64,000 nucleotides of DNA, from NCBI GenBank assembly GCA_046483985.1, contig JAWOCD010000016.1, positions 34,704 through 98,703 of the forward strand, in the 5' to 3' direction. Every line of letters starts with the position of its first letter. The first letter of the stretch is position 1. Both the position numbers and the translations under genes were made by a program. The stretch is from Promethearchaeia archaeon. Its GTDB lineage: Archaea; Asgardarchaeota; Lokiarchaeia; Sigyniarchaeales; SOKP01. Below are positions 1 through 9,907 of this stretch, piece by piece. Below the pieces are notes generated by a model. The model ran no database searches, was not told where the DNA came from, and saw only the letters and a program-made list of their open reading frames with translations.

Positions 1-371
1 ATATAAAGGTTTCCTATAATGACTTAACTCAAATTCAAGAAGATCTAACAAATTGTAATGCTCCAGATATTATCAGCTTTGGTTGCCCTCATTGCTCGCT
101 GGAAGAGGTCAAGGAAATAATCGAAAATATAAATACAGATAAAGAAATTTGGATTTGTACTACCCGCGAAATTAAAGCACAATTTAAGGAAACCCCATCG
201 AATGTGAAAATTTTATCTGATACATGTATGGTGGTCGCTCCCGTGGAACAATTAGGGATTAAATGTTTAGCGACAGATTCAACTAAATCCGCGCATTATT
301 CCCAGAATTTATCTAAAATCAAAACAATTGTTAATTCAAGAGAAGAACTTTTAAATGAAATTAAAAGGTAA
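1..371 (+). CDS. Aconitase X catalytic subunit (phosphomevalonate dehydratase large subunit), 5'-truncated by window edge
   Basis: Frame +3 translates to ...PDIISFGCPHCSLEE...DTCMVVAP...ATDSTKSAHY...*, matching AcnX GCPH/DTC motifs; overlaps the start of the DUF126 gene. Confidence 0.85.
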   Translation, partial: IKVSYNDLTQIQEDLTNCNAPDIISFGCPHCSLEEVKEIIENINTDKEIWICTTREIKAQFKETPSNVKILSDTCMVVAPVEQLGIKCLATDSTKSAHYSQNLSKIKTIVNSREELLNEIKR

Positions 372-741
372 AACAATCGTTCCGGGGAAGGTAACGGCAT
401 ATAGTCTAGTTAGTTCAGCCCCCATTTCGTTTCTTGGAGATATTGATTCCAATTCGGGGGAAATAGTAGATAAAAGAAATTCTCTGTATGAGGAATCGAT
501 AGTTGGAAAAGTTTTTGTATTCCCACATGGAAAAGGCTCTACTGTGGGTACATATGTCATATACCAGCTTCAGAAAAATGCGAAAGCTCCAGCGGCAATA
601 ATTAATACACAAGCAGAAGCGATTGTGGCTGTAGGAGCAATTATCTCTGATATTCCCATGATACAAGAAATAGATATGGATAAAATTCCCCATGATAAAG
701 AAATTTTTGTAAATGCCACCGAGGGATATATTGAATTTTAA
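355..741 (+). CDS. Aconitase X swivel-domain subunit (DUF126; phosphomevalonate dehydratase small subunit)
   Basis: PISFLGDID..GEI, FPHGKGSTVG, AVGAIISDIP motifs. Confidence 0.9.
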   Translation: MKLKGKTIVPGKVTAYSLVSSAPISFLGDIDSNSGEIVDKRNSLYEESIVGKVFVFPHGKGSTVGTYVIYQLQKNAKAPAAIINTQAEAIVAVGAIISDIPMIQEIDMDKIPHDKEIFVNATEGYIEF

Positions 742-752
742 AAAATATTACC

Positions 753-1139
753 TTGAAGCCCCCTAAAAGAAGGGAATTCCTACGATTCCATTAAACGTTT
801 GCTACTGGGCATATCTTGGGGCTGTGTGTCATAAAAGATACTATCCATCTATCCAGAAAGGATCCCTCCCTCAAAGAGGGCTGATGCAAGAGGCCAGCAG
901 ACGTGAGAAATTTGGGTCTGATGTTAACGGCTGAATTCAAGTCCCGATCCATTCCGTGACCACAGTGGCAAATAATAGAGCGTTTGGATATTTTTGTTTG
1001 ACTCGTTTCCCGCATTTCGCACATGTTTGTGTTATATAGGATTCATCAATTTTTACTAATCTTTTTTCTATTTTTCATGCCTTATATGTTAAAATTGGAC
1101 AAATCTACCCAATGAACCTCAGACTTCTTTCGCTATAAG
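753..1139 (-). mobile_element. tnpB: Internally deleted IS200/IS605-family element with tnpB 3' remnant
   Basis: Minus strand: left-end stub TTTAA|CTTATAGCGAAAGAAGTC; broken tnpB C-terminus (IDESYITQTCAKCG, CHCGHGMDRDLNSAVNI); right-end hairpin remnant ending TTCAA. Confidence 0.85.
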
Positions 1140-1174
1140 TTAAATTTTTTTAAGATTTCGCATTTATTAACTCA

Positions 1175-1891
1175 ATGAACGAAAACGATAAAAAGGAATT
1201 CTCACGCATACAAGAACTGGAAAGTATAAATCTCTCAACGGAAGCAAATAGAGATTCAGTTGTCCAGACAAAAAAGCAAGTCGCAGCGGACAATAAGCAG
1301 CTTGCCGATCATATTAACGCATCTTTTCGTGAGCATAGTATTAAATCATTCGATATTGTGGGTGCCATTGGTGCGGGAAAGACTGCCTTAATAGAGAATA
1401 TTTGCGAGAAACTTCCTCCATCGCAACGCATATTAGTGGTATGTGGGGATGTGACCACGCGAGTAGACGCGGATAGAATTGAGCAGCATGGGGCAGAAAC
1501 CGTTCAAATTAGTACGGGCAGGGAATGTGCCTTAAATGCTTACCATGTCCTTCAAATCATTAAAAATAAGGATCTGGATAATTATGATATCGTGTTTGTT
1601 GAAAATGTTGGGAATCTTATTTGTCCTTCTGAATTTACTCTCGGAACAGATATGCGTATTACTGTGGTCTCTGTCACGGAGGGAGAATGGGTGGTGGAAA
1701 AGCATCCAATGCTTTTTAAAATGTCTGAAATCGCAATAATTAATAAAGTTGATTTAGCCGAAGTGTTGGGAACGGATTTACGGAAGATGGAAGAAGACGC
1801 AAAAAAAATCAATCCGGATATTGAAGTCCTCTTTACCAGCGCAAAAACGGACAAAAATATTAATAAACTTATTAGCGCGATGGGATTATAA
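1175..1891 (+). CDS. hypB: HypB/UreG-family metallochaperone GTPase
   Basis: GAIGAGKT P-loop, ENVGNLICP, SVTEG..KHP, NKVD, TSAK. Confidence 0.85.
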   Translation: MNENDKKEFSRIQELESINLSTEANRDSVVQTKKQVAADNKQLADHINASFREHSIKSFDIVGAIGAGKTALIENICEKLPPSQRILVVCGDVTTRVDADRIEQHGAETVQISTGRECALNAYHVLQIIKNKDLDNYDIVFVENVGNLICPSEFTLGTDMRITVVSVTEGEWVVEKHPMLFKMSEIAIINKVDLAEVLGTDLRKMEEDAKKINPDIEVLFTSAKTDKNINKLISAMGL

Positions 1892-1923
1892 ATATAATAG
1901 AATAAAGTAACTGTGATTATAAA

Positions 1924-2355
1924 ATGGAAAAGTTAGAAAAGATTAACGATTTACTCAAACAGAAGGAGATAAATGTCGAGCGGGTAAAAGACTGTTTTGA
2001 AACTGTTTTAAAGAAAGAGATATCATATTCTCATAAAATCTCTAAATTTGAAGGAGATTTTCCAACCTTTATTGAGCCCGTCTATATCGGAGAAAATGTT
2101 AAAATCGGGGATGACGTGATGATTGGTCCAAATGTGTATATTGGAAAGAATGTCACAATCTCGGATTATGTAGAAATAACAAACACTATTATTTTAGACG
2201 GTGTCACCATTGGAGAAAATCTCTTTTTTGAAAAGTGTATTGTGGGAGAAGGGAGCAATCTTAACTTTCGCAACGCTCGTATCAAAAACAAGATTATTCT
2301 GGGAGAGGGCCAAAGTCTTGATGAAATAAAACAAGTTCCCATTATAATAAAATAA
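1924..2355 (+). CDS. Hexapeptide-repeat (left-handed beta-helix) protein
   Basis: PVYIGENVKIGDDVMIGPNVYIGKNVTI repeats; no nucleotidyltransferase domain. Confidence 0.75.
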   Translation: MEKLEKINDLLKQKEINVERVKDCFETVLKKEISYSHKISKFEGDFPTFIEPVYIGENVKIGDDVMIGPNVYIGKNVTISDYVEITNTIILDGVTIGENLFFEKCIVGEGSNLNFRNARIKNKIILGEGQSLDEIKQVPIIIK

Positions 2356-2362
2356 AATTTAA

Positions 2363-2670
2363 CGATCTGCGAAAGAAGTCCCCATCCCTTTAGGGTGGGG
2401 ATACGAACTTGATAAAGGTGCTCATTCGGTGTATTCATAATTCTTAACCAAGAAACCGATCTTGATCACATACACATTATATTCAAAACGAAACCACGAC
2501 ACACCTTACAAAATTCATCAATTCGTTGAAAGGAGTATCTTCACGATACCTTTTTCAAGAATTTCCAGAGATAAAAGAAAAATTAATGGATGGGCATATA
2601 TGGTCTCCGAGTTATCTCTTGGTTACGACCGGTCAAGTTACATTAGATCAATTGAAAAAATATGTTGAAT
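2363..2670 (+). pseudogene. tnpA: IS200-type tnpA (Y1 HUH transposase) pseudogene with left-end hairpin
   Basis: Hairpin TCCCCATCCCTTTAGGGTGGGGA, then fragments GYELDKGAHSVYS / NQETDLDHIHI / FINSLKGVSSR / WSPSY..TTGQVTLDQLKKYVE; deletions relative to the copy at 29604. Confidence 0.85.
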
Positions 2671-2883
2671 ATTGGTCTTCTTTCAAATAAAATGGTGATT
2701 ATCAGGGCTGTTGCAGTTGTTGCTACAATGATCTTAATTCTCTATATTCCTCTCTTTCAAGCAATATTTCAAGTAATCCCACTACAACCAGGGGATTGGG
2801 TCTTAGTTCTATTTGTTTCCTTCGCGGCTACTTTTTGGATTGAACTCGTAAAGATCTACAGAATTGAAGCCTCCTTTCCCTAA
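2662..2883 (+). pseudogene. C-terminal fragment of a cation-transporting P-type ATPase
   Basis: SNKM...LYIPLFQAIFQVIPLQPGDW...IELVK resembles the last two TM helices of Ca2+-type P-ATPases; bounded by IS remnants. Confidence 0.65.
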
Positions 2884-2903
2884 AGGAAGGGGAATGAAAT
2901 TCT
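2864..2903 (-). mobile_element. IS200/IS605 right-end remnant
   Basis: Minus strand TTCCCCTTCCTTTAGGGAAAGGAGGCTTCAA: hairpin with CCTTTAGG core and terminal TCAA. Confidence 0.7.
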
Positions 2904-2973
2904 ATTTCGAGAAATAATAATTCTTTATTTTTTTAAATTTTCAATTCTTAGAAGAAATAGGATGTGAAAAAAA

Positions 2974-4041
2974 ATGAAATTTGTTGAATATTCAAAAAAT
3001 TGTAAGCCGAAAATTGATGATCAATTGGGGGATTTTCTAAAGAGTCAAAAAGAAAGAGTAAATCATCCATTTCTTGAGGCCTATTATGAAGAATTGGGAG
3101 AATATCTTCTAACGGGAGGGAAGAGAATTAGACCCTTATTAACAATTGCCACTTACCGGGGGTTTTCTTCTGGAAACGATGACAAAATACTCTTTCCAAG
3201 CATCGCTGTGGAACTTCTTCATAATGCGTCATTAATTCATGACGATATCATCGATAATGATGAATTAAGACGAGGGAAGCCTGCATTTCACTTTCGCTTT
3301 AAAAATTACCATGAAACTCATCAATTACCTTCAATGCAAGCTCAAGAATTTGGTTACAATATGGGAATATTGGGAGGAGATCAAGTCTATTTCTTGGGGC
3401 TTGAGCCCTTGAGCAACAATTCTTTTCCGGACACGCTGAATTTAGAAGCGATTAAACACTATAGAAATGTCTTTACGGAATTGTGCGAGGGTGTGCTAAT
3501 TGAAATAGATATGCTTAACAGATCGGATGTGACAATTGAGAATTATATTAAGATGATTTCGCTTAAGACTGGAGCATTATTGGAAAAGTCAGTCTTAATC
3601 GGTGCAACCTATGCAAATGCACCAGAAGAGATGCAAATATCCCTTTCGAAGTATGCGATTAATTTAGGAATTATTTTTCAAATCAAGGATGATATTCTTG
3701 GAACATTTGGAGATGAAAAATTAACGGGTAAACCGACGGATGGTGATATCCGAGAGGGTAAAAAAACTTCTCTCTTACTTGCCGCGAAAAACAAGTTAGA
3801 TGATGATAAACGGCAACGCCTTGAGTCTCTTATCCAACAAGATGAATTAACGGAAAAGGATATAGAGGAGGTAAGAAACTTATTTAATCAAGCAAATGCA
3901 CTTAATTTTTGCAAAAATTTAGTTGACTCTCACTACAAGGAAGCCTTAGATGCACTTAAAAAGATTAAGCCGAGCTTTGCTTCAACTGAGTACCAATTTT
4001 TACGTGATTTACTAGAATTTGTTTTTACGCGGGAATATTAG
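2974..4041 (+). CDS. Geranylgeranyl diphosphate (polyprenyl) synthase
   Basis: GGKRIRP, LIHDDIIDNDELRRG (FARM), KTG, FQIKDD (SARM), DIREGK. Confidence 0.93.
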   Translation: MKFVEYSKNCKPKIDDQLGDFLKSQKERVNHPFLEAYYEELGEYLLTGGKRIRPLLTIATYRGFSSGNDDKILFPSIAVELLHNASLIHDDIIDNDELRRGKPAFHFRFKNYHETHQLPSMQAQEFGYNMGILGGDQVYFLGLEPLSNNSFPDTLNLEAIKHYRNVFTELCEGVLIEIDMLNRSDVTIENYIKMISLKTGALLEKSVLIGATYANAPEEMQISLSKYAINLGIIFQIKDDILGTFGDEKLTGKPTDGDIREGKKTSLLLAAKNKLDDDKRQRLESLIQQDELTEKDIEEVRNLFNQANALNFCKNLVDSHYKEALDALKKIKPSFASTEYQFLRDLLEFVFTREY

Positions 4042-5570
4042 TAGGAAAGTTCTACTTTTTCTTTTAACTGTTTTAGATATTCTCTCTCTTTCCTCTTGTG
4101 AATTTTTGCCAGTTTTTCTTTTTCTTTTTGCCATTTTTCCCCTTTTAATGGAAAGAAATTCATCGCGATTGCACTAATCAAGATGAAAACGGCGGGAATT
4201 ATTGTAAATCCTAACATTATTCCAAATTGAGCAGACTCTGTTTGCGTGCTGATTTCACTATTAAATCCAAAGGCGCTTATTATTGTAAGGAAAAGTGAAG
4301 CCGCAAGAGACACTGCGGGCTTTGTCAATAAAGCGTTCGCTCCTGAATAGGTAGTTTCTCTGCGTTTTCCAGTACGTACCTCATCATAATCAATCACCTC
4401 AGCCATTACCATTTGTCCCATCAAGAAATAACCAGAAAAACTTATTCCGAGTAATATCATCCCAATTATTGCCGAGGAAAAGTTCCATCCAATAAAAAAG
4501 AAGAGTATGAAGCTAAATCCTGTTGAGGTGAGTGCTATAATATATGCCTTTAATAAGCCAATTCGTTTAACCATCTTATTATATACTGGAATGAAGGCAA
4601 ATACCATTGAAAAAAATAAAATAATGGGGATGATTGAGGTAATTCCGCCTAATTTTAATACATAATCAATATAATAGAAGACAGAAGTTGTTAGGATAGT
4701 CCTAGCCAACACAAAAGAGAAGTTAGAAACCTCAAAAATGAGAAAGGACTTGTTTTTAAAAGTCTCTTTAAGTCCTTTAAGGAAATCCATTGATTCTTCC
4801 ATAATTGTATATTTGTTTTCTTTAATAAAGTAACTGCTTATGAATATGATCAGACCACACGTAATACCAAGTATGACCATAGTTGGGCGAAATAAAGGAT
4901 TGAGATGTGGAGATTGATCCCCCGTTAGTAAAAGCAAAGGAATCACGAATGAAAGCAGAATCCCTAAGCCGTTAAAAATTGCTCCGAATATCATGAGGTT
5001 TGATCTTGTCTTAGATGAGATTGCCATTTCAGCTGGAAGAGAATAAGTGATTAATCCAATTATGGTAAAAAATGTGTCAAAAAGAAATAAGACTAAAATT
5101 AAATTCACAAACAGTGCTATATCATTACTGGGATTTACCACGGGATACCAACACAATATAAAGAGGAAACCATAGAATGGAGCTCCAAATCGTAGGTATG
5201 GAACTCTTCTTCCGTATTTTTCAGATTTAGTACTATCTTCAATAAAACCAAATAGTGGATCATTTAACGTATTCCAAATTATGAATATAACCCATGCAAG
5301 TGAGCAGAGTTCTGCGCTTAACCCAAGTTTTACATTATAGAAGAAAGTAATTGGACCAAATACTATTCCAGATAAGATTGCGCTCGAGATAGTGGTCCCT
5401 CCAAAAGCGAGCTTTGATTTTAAAGGTAATATTTCTTCTTCAAGAAGATCTTCAGTTTGTTGAAAATCGCTTGGTTTTTTCTCTTTTTTACTTTTTTGGC
5501 TCAAAAATAATCCCCTTCCTTTCTCTAAAAAGCATTTAGTAGATAAGAAATGCGAATCTTTGTTTATCAA
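4038..5570 (-). CDS. MFS transporter, GPH (glycoside-pentoside-hexuronide) family; true start probably somewhat downstream
   Basis: WNTLNDPLFG, GRRVPY, DYDEVRTGKRRE motifs; about 12 TM segments. Confidence 0.9.
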   Translation of the reverse strand: MINKDSHFLSTKCFLEKGRGLFLSQKSKKEKKPSDFQQTEDLLEEEILPLKSKLAFGGTTISSAILSGIVFGPITFFYNVKLGLSAELCSLAWVIFIIWNTLNDPLFGFIEDSTKSEKYGRRVPYLRFGAPFYGFLFILCWYPVVNPSNDIALFVNLILVLFLFDTFFTIIGLITYSLPAEMAISSKTRSNLMIFGAIFNGLGILLSFVIPLLLLTGDQSPHLNPLFRPTMVILGITCGLIIFISSYFIKENKYTIMEESMDFLKGLKETFKNKSFLIFEVSNFSFVLARTILTTSVFYYIDYVLKLGGITSIIPIILFFSMVFAFIPVYNKMVKRIGLLKAYIIALTSTGFSFILFFFIGWNFSSAIIGMILLGISFSGYFLMGQMVMAEVIDYDEVRTGKRRETTYSGANALLTKPAVSLAASLFLTIISAFGFNSEISTQTESAQFGIMLGFTIIPAVFILISAIAMNFFPLKGEKWQKEKEKLAKIHKRKEREYLKQLKEKVELSY

Positions 5571-5578
5571 TCTTATTA

Positions 5579-7498
5579 TTATATTTTCTTAACCCATTGA
5601 GCTAAATCTTCTTTAATGAAAAAGCTATCTTCTTGATTTTTGAAACTCGCAATATTAGCAATATTAAGTAACCACATAGTTGATTTTAATTCTCTTTTGA
5701 GTGTTTTTACCTCTTTTATACTATTGTCTAGTGTGTTATTTTTAAGATCTTTCCATACTGACTGGAGAAATTTATTGGCAAAACCGCCAAAATTAGCACC
5801 TAATAATAAACTTTTTGCAATATCGATTCCATTTCGTAAGCCCCCAGTGGCAATGAGAGGTTTATCGGTCAGACGGCGGGAATATAGAATGCTTGCAGGA
5901 GTTGGTATTCCCCATTCGCGAAAGGTTTCTCCTAAGTTTCTGGTATAATGGTTCCCTTCTTTTTTAGTTCTAAGCCCCTCCAGAGCGGCAAAACTGGTCC
6001 CTCCCGCTCCGCCCACGTCAAAACCATCAAATCCGAGTTGATCAAGCAATTTGATGGTTTCCACGTCGAATCCGGTACCGATTTCCTTGGCAAATATCGG
6101 GATATCAATTTGATCTCGAATTTCCCCGAATTTTTCTTCAAAACATTCAAAGGATCTGTCGCCATGCTTTTGTAGGATTTCTTGTAAGGAGTTAAAATGG
6201 ATTGCCATGATATCGGCATCTATCATCTCAATGCAGTTTTGAAACTCATCAACTGAAAATTCTGGACTGCTTATTTGCCCGATCCCAATATTACCCATGA
6301 CTGGGATGTCCTTGGCTTCAGATCGCACGATTCGGAAAGAATCCGTAGTAGATTCATCTTCAATTCCAATCCTTTGGCTCCCGACACTCATCACGATTCT
6401 TTCCTTCTGAGCAACTTGAGCCAAAATTTGATTTATTCGCTTAGCCGTTTCGGTCCCTCCCGTGATTGCAGAGATGAAAATGGGAGCTTGCAGATTATAT
6501 CCATATAATTGAGTTTCGAGACTGATCTTCTCATAATCATATTCGGGGAGGGCATGATGGATAAGTTGGATCTCATCAAAGAAGTTTTTTTCATGTTGCA
6601 CATCGTATTGTATTGGAATTTGAAGATGTTCTGTTTTTCTCTGTTGAATGATTTGCTTTGATTTCTTGGGAGAGATTTTGACACGAGTGGATTTTACTTC
6701 CTCATTACGGAGTCCCTTTAAGATATATTCATCCTTTAAGCCATTAACAAGTTGGACGGGAATTCCCAACTGAGTAATCTTATCTATTGACTTAAGTTTT
6801 CCCTCTATACCCCCAGTAACATCTATCTTTCCCGAGAATTGAGCTAATTTCAGATCAGGGATCTCATGCTCATATATTTCTTCTGCTAACACCGGTCCTT
6901 TATTATCTTCCTGGCTTTGGACAAATATTCCATCCATTTCCATTGCAAAAATTACCTTTCTAACTTGATATTTCTTTAACTTCTTACATAATTGATAGAT
7001 TATTTCATCTCCAGAGAGAATGGAAAAAACTTGACTTGAATCATAGACAATATCACCGTATAATATTGGAATTATCCCTAATTCGAGGGACATTTCAATT
7101 TGTTTAATTCCCATGAACTGTGTACCCCGTTCTTGTTTTAAACAAATGCTTGAAGGTTGTATTGCAAGAGCTGGCTGTTTCTTCATTAAAAACGCATCGA
7201 CCACAAATTGGTTTAATTCTTCCATTGCTGCATGAGTTTCTGCGAGTCCAAGCTCTTGATTTTTTATTATTAGATTTCTTCCCTCTTGGATATTATATTC
7301 CTTCGCAATGGGATGTCCAAATGATCCCCCTCCATGAACTAATATAATCGGTTCTTGACTTTCAATGATCTGCTTTATAGCCTTATTAATAATATCCTTT
7401 CGCAAGGAAAAAGGTTGATTCTTTTCTGTTATCATACTGCCGCCTAATTTTAGTACGGCGATACTCTTTTTATTTGACAATTTGAACTCCTTCCTCAT
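5579..7498 (-). CDS. Fusion of isopentenyl phosphate kinase and type 2 isopentenyl-diphosphate isomerase
   Basis: N-terminal KLGGS, HGGGSFGH, SGD, DVTGG (IPK); C-terminal RK.EH, AITGG, GSQR, KEIG.G, GAGGTS, WGIPT, ATGGLRNG (IDI-2/Fni). Confidence 0.92.
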   Translation of the reverse strand: MRKEFKLSNKKSIAVLKLGGSMITEKNQPFSLRKDIINKAIKQIIESQEPIILVHGGGSFGHPIAKEYNIQEGRNLIIKNQELGLAETHAAMEELNQFVVDAFLMKKQPALAIQPSSICLKQERGTQFMGIKQIEMSLELGIIPILYGDIVYDSSQVFSILSGDEIIYQLCKKLKKYQVRKVIFAMEMDGIFVQSQEDNKGPVLAEEIYEHEIPDLKLAQFSGKIDVTGGIEGKLKSIDKITQLGIPVQLVNGLKDEYILKGLRNEEVKSTRVKISPKKSKQIIQQRKTEHLQIPIQYDVQHEKNFFDEIQLIHHALPEYDYEKISLETQLYGYNLQAPIFISAITGGTETAKRINQILAQVAQKERIVMSVGSQRIGIEDESTTDSFRIVRSEAKDIPVMGNIGIGQISSPEFSVDEFQNCIEMIDADIMAIHFNSLQEILQKHGDRSFECFEEKFGEIRDQIDIPIFAKEIGTGFDVETIKLLDQLGFDGFDVGGAGGTSFAALEGLRTKKEGNHYTRNLGETFREWGIPTPASILYSRRLTDKPLIATGGLRNGIDIAKSLLLGANFGGFANKFLQSVWKDLKNNTLDNSIKEVKTLKRELKSTMWLLNIANIASFKNQEDSFFIKEDLAQWVKKI

Positions 7499-8432
7499 TA
7501 ATGGATGTTATAATATTCTTAAATCCATTTTTCTTTAAAATTTTACTTACTTGTTTCAACTTGTTCCTTTCTCCAACGCCAATAACACACCCACCGAGTC
7601 CAGCACCTGTTAGCTTTGAACCATATAAACCGTGTTCTAAAGAGATTTTATTGATTCTTTCAATTCTTCTATTTGAAACCCCCAGTTTCTCCAATAACTT
7701 CTGATTCTTGTTCATTAAATTTCCCATTTTAATTATGTCCCCTTCTTTTATTGCTTTTTCTGCACGCTGTGTGAGTTGTCCAATAGTATAAAAAAGATCA
7801 TCCACATATTGTTTTTTCTTTTCTCTAAGGTCAGCGATTTTTTGAATTGCTTTCTTGGTAGAATGATCCATATTGGTGTAAGTGATCATTATGTCAAATT
7901 TAGGGATATTATTCAAGATTTTAAATTGCTTATTTTGATAGATGAGAATGTTTCCATAAGTACAAATTGTATTGTCAATTCCCGAAGGCGTTCCATGTAC
8001 TATTTTTTCCATTTCAAACGCAAAATCGGAAATTTGGGAATTTTCTAACGCCAAATCAAAAAAGTCTCCGAGAGCTGTTATTAGGGCTACAGAAGTCGAA
8101 GCAGATGAGCCGAGACCCCCTCCCATAAAAAGTTTCGAAGAAATAATTACTCGTATTCCCAATAAATCGAAATTATATCGATTATAAAGCAAAAGAAGTC
8201 CGCTTTGAAAATTTTTAAACTCCTCCGGAAAATTCTCTTGGATCTCTTTGATGGAAGAAAAAGTAAAGGTACGATTATAATTCTTTAAATGAAAAATAAG
8301 ACTATTTTTGTCAATTTTTTCGATTTCACAGCGAGAATGGATCCCAACCCCCATTGCAATTGCAGGATATCCGTATACTACTGCATGCTCTCCAAAAAGG
8401 ATGCATTTGCCTGGCGCAATAACTTTAGACAT
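7470..8432 (-). CDS. mvk: Mevalonate kinase
   Basis: APGKCILFGEHAVVYG, GLGSSA, HGTPSGID, KLTGAGLGG. Confidence 0.95.
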   Translation of the reverse strand: MSKVIAPGKCILFGEHAVVYGYPAIAMGVGIHSRCEIEKIDKNSLIFHLKNYNRTFTFSSIKEIQENFPEEFKNFQSGLLLLYNRYNFDLLGIRVIISSKLFMGGGLGSSASTSVALITALGDFFDLALENSQISDFAFEMEKIVHGTPSGIDNTICTYGNILIYQNKQFKILNNIPKFDIMITYTNMDHSTKKAIQKIADLREKKKQYVDDLFYTIGQLTQRAEKAIKEGDIIKMGNLMNKNQKLLEKLGVSNRRIERINKISLEHGLYGSKLTGAGLGGCVIGVGERNKLKQVSKILKKNGFKNIITSINEEGVQIVK

Positions 8433-8449
8433 AGTTTTGAAAAATAATT

Positions 8450-9625
8450 CTACGAAGAACCTGATTCTTTGAATTTCCTTTTATGTAAGACCATATGACC
8501 TTGTTGAATCCCTTCTGTTGCCAATGCTCTCAGCGCAGCCAAATTCTGAGCCAGACCAAGGGCCGCCGCAACTTGAGTAAGTTCTTGTCCGCTTTTTACA
8601 TTTAAGATTTTCAGAGCTATTCTTACCATGGGATGGGTGTTAGTCATTCCCCCGATCACCCCTAATGCTAGGGGGATTTCAATCTTTCCAACTAAGTGTC
8701 CATCTTTATTCTTGTAGTAATTTGTTAAAGGGGAATAAATTCCTTTCAATGAAGCGTATGCATGAGCCCCAGCTTCAATAGCTCTTGTGTCATTTCCCGT
8801 GGCTAAGGTAAGGGCGGATATTCCATTCATAATCCCTTTATTATGAGTTGCCGCTCTATATGGATCTGCGAGGGCAAAGTCATAAGCACTTAAAATTCCA
8901 TCTACCACTTCCTCACCACCCAATAAATCCTTATCAAACACAGCCCTACTTTCGGCTATTCGATGCATACATAGGTTGGACACGATCCGAAGATATACCT
9001 TTCCTCCTGTGATTTTTTCTATATATGGAGCAATTGCCTCTGCCATTGTATTTACAACATTTGCGCCCATTGCATCGAGCACATCAACCAATAGATGGAT
9101 TATAACCATTTTGCCCCTACGAGTTGTGAGTTCTCTGATCTTAAAATCGAAAGCCCCACCTCCCAATTCGTTAAGTTTCGGATCTTTTTCATTAGCAATT
9201 TCTAGGATCTTTTTTTTATGATTCCAAAGCGTTTCAATTACTTCAATCTCATCATCGATATCCGTTAATTGAACTTGTGCGATCATCACTGATTTAATCT
9301 CTGAGGATTGAAATCCTCCATGTTTACGAGCTATCTTTGCGGCTTTCGATGCAGCGGCGATAACAGAAGGTTCTTCAATAGCCATAGGTATTAAATAGTC
9401 CTTCTTGTTAACTTTAAAATGGCATGCAACTCCCATAGGCATTTCAAATGTACCGATTACATTTTCTATGAGTTTATTTAGCTCCTCTTCCTTGAAATAG
9501 CCGAAGTTTTGGAGAATCGCCTTTTCCTCCTCTGAGAACTCAAAAAAATCATCTAATCTTTTTTGACGTTCTCCCACTGAAAATTTATAAAAATCTGAAA
9601 TGTCCGAATCTATATTTTTTTTCAT
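8450..9625 (-). CDS. mvaA: HMG-CoA reductase, class II (bacterial/degradative type)
   Basis: ENVIG, EEPSV, DAMGAN, THNKGIMNG, GNDTRAIEAG, GIQQGHM. Confidence 0.93.
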   Translation of the reverse strand: MKKNIDSDISDFYKFSVGERQKRLDDFFEFSEEEKAILQNFGYFKEEELNKLIENVIGTFEMPMGVACHFKVNKKDYLIPMAIEEPSVIAAASKAAKIARKHGGFQSSEIKSVMIAQVQLTDIDDEIEVIETLWNHKKKILEIANEKDPKLNELGGGAFDFKIRELTTRRGKMVIIHLLVDVLDAMGANVVNTMAEAIAPYIEKITGGKVYLRIVSNLCMHRIAESRAVFDKDLLGGEEVVDGILSAYDFALADPYRAATHNKGIMNGISALTLATGNDTRAIEAGAHAYASLKGIYSPLTNYYKNKDGHLVGKIEIPLALGVIGGMTNTHPMVRIALKILNVKSGQELTQVAAALGLAQNLAALRALATEGIQQGHMVLHKRKFKESGSS

Positions 9626-9654
9626 GATATTATTTTAAAAATTAATATGAAAAT

Positions 9655-9905
9655 TTATTTAAATTTATTGATATTTCCTTTCAATATTTCAATTTTAGGA
9701 GAGTTTGGCTTTAATACTTTTGCTTTCTCCCCAATTTTTCCCTCAAGGATATTTAAAGGATTCACAAACGAATTTAATTGTTTTTTTATCGTTTTCTTAT
9801 GTGTTTTAGGGAGCAAGATATTCACGGAAGAACAAGTGTCAAGTGAATAATATACTGGAATTTCTTCATTCATGGATTAATCAACTGAGATGTGGAAGGT
9901 TGTTC
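9655..9905 (-). pseudogene. Probable C-terminal remnant of (di)phosphomevalonate decarboxylase (GHMP family)
   Basis: EEIPVYYSLDTCSSV resembles the decarboxylase (E)GIPVY.S.DTGPSV motif; an upstream frame gives QPSTSQLIN; located between HMGS and HMGR. Confidence 0.5.
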
Positions 9906-9907
9906 GG

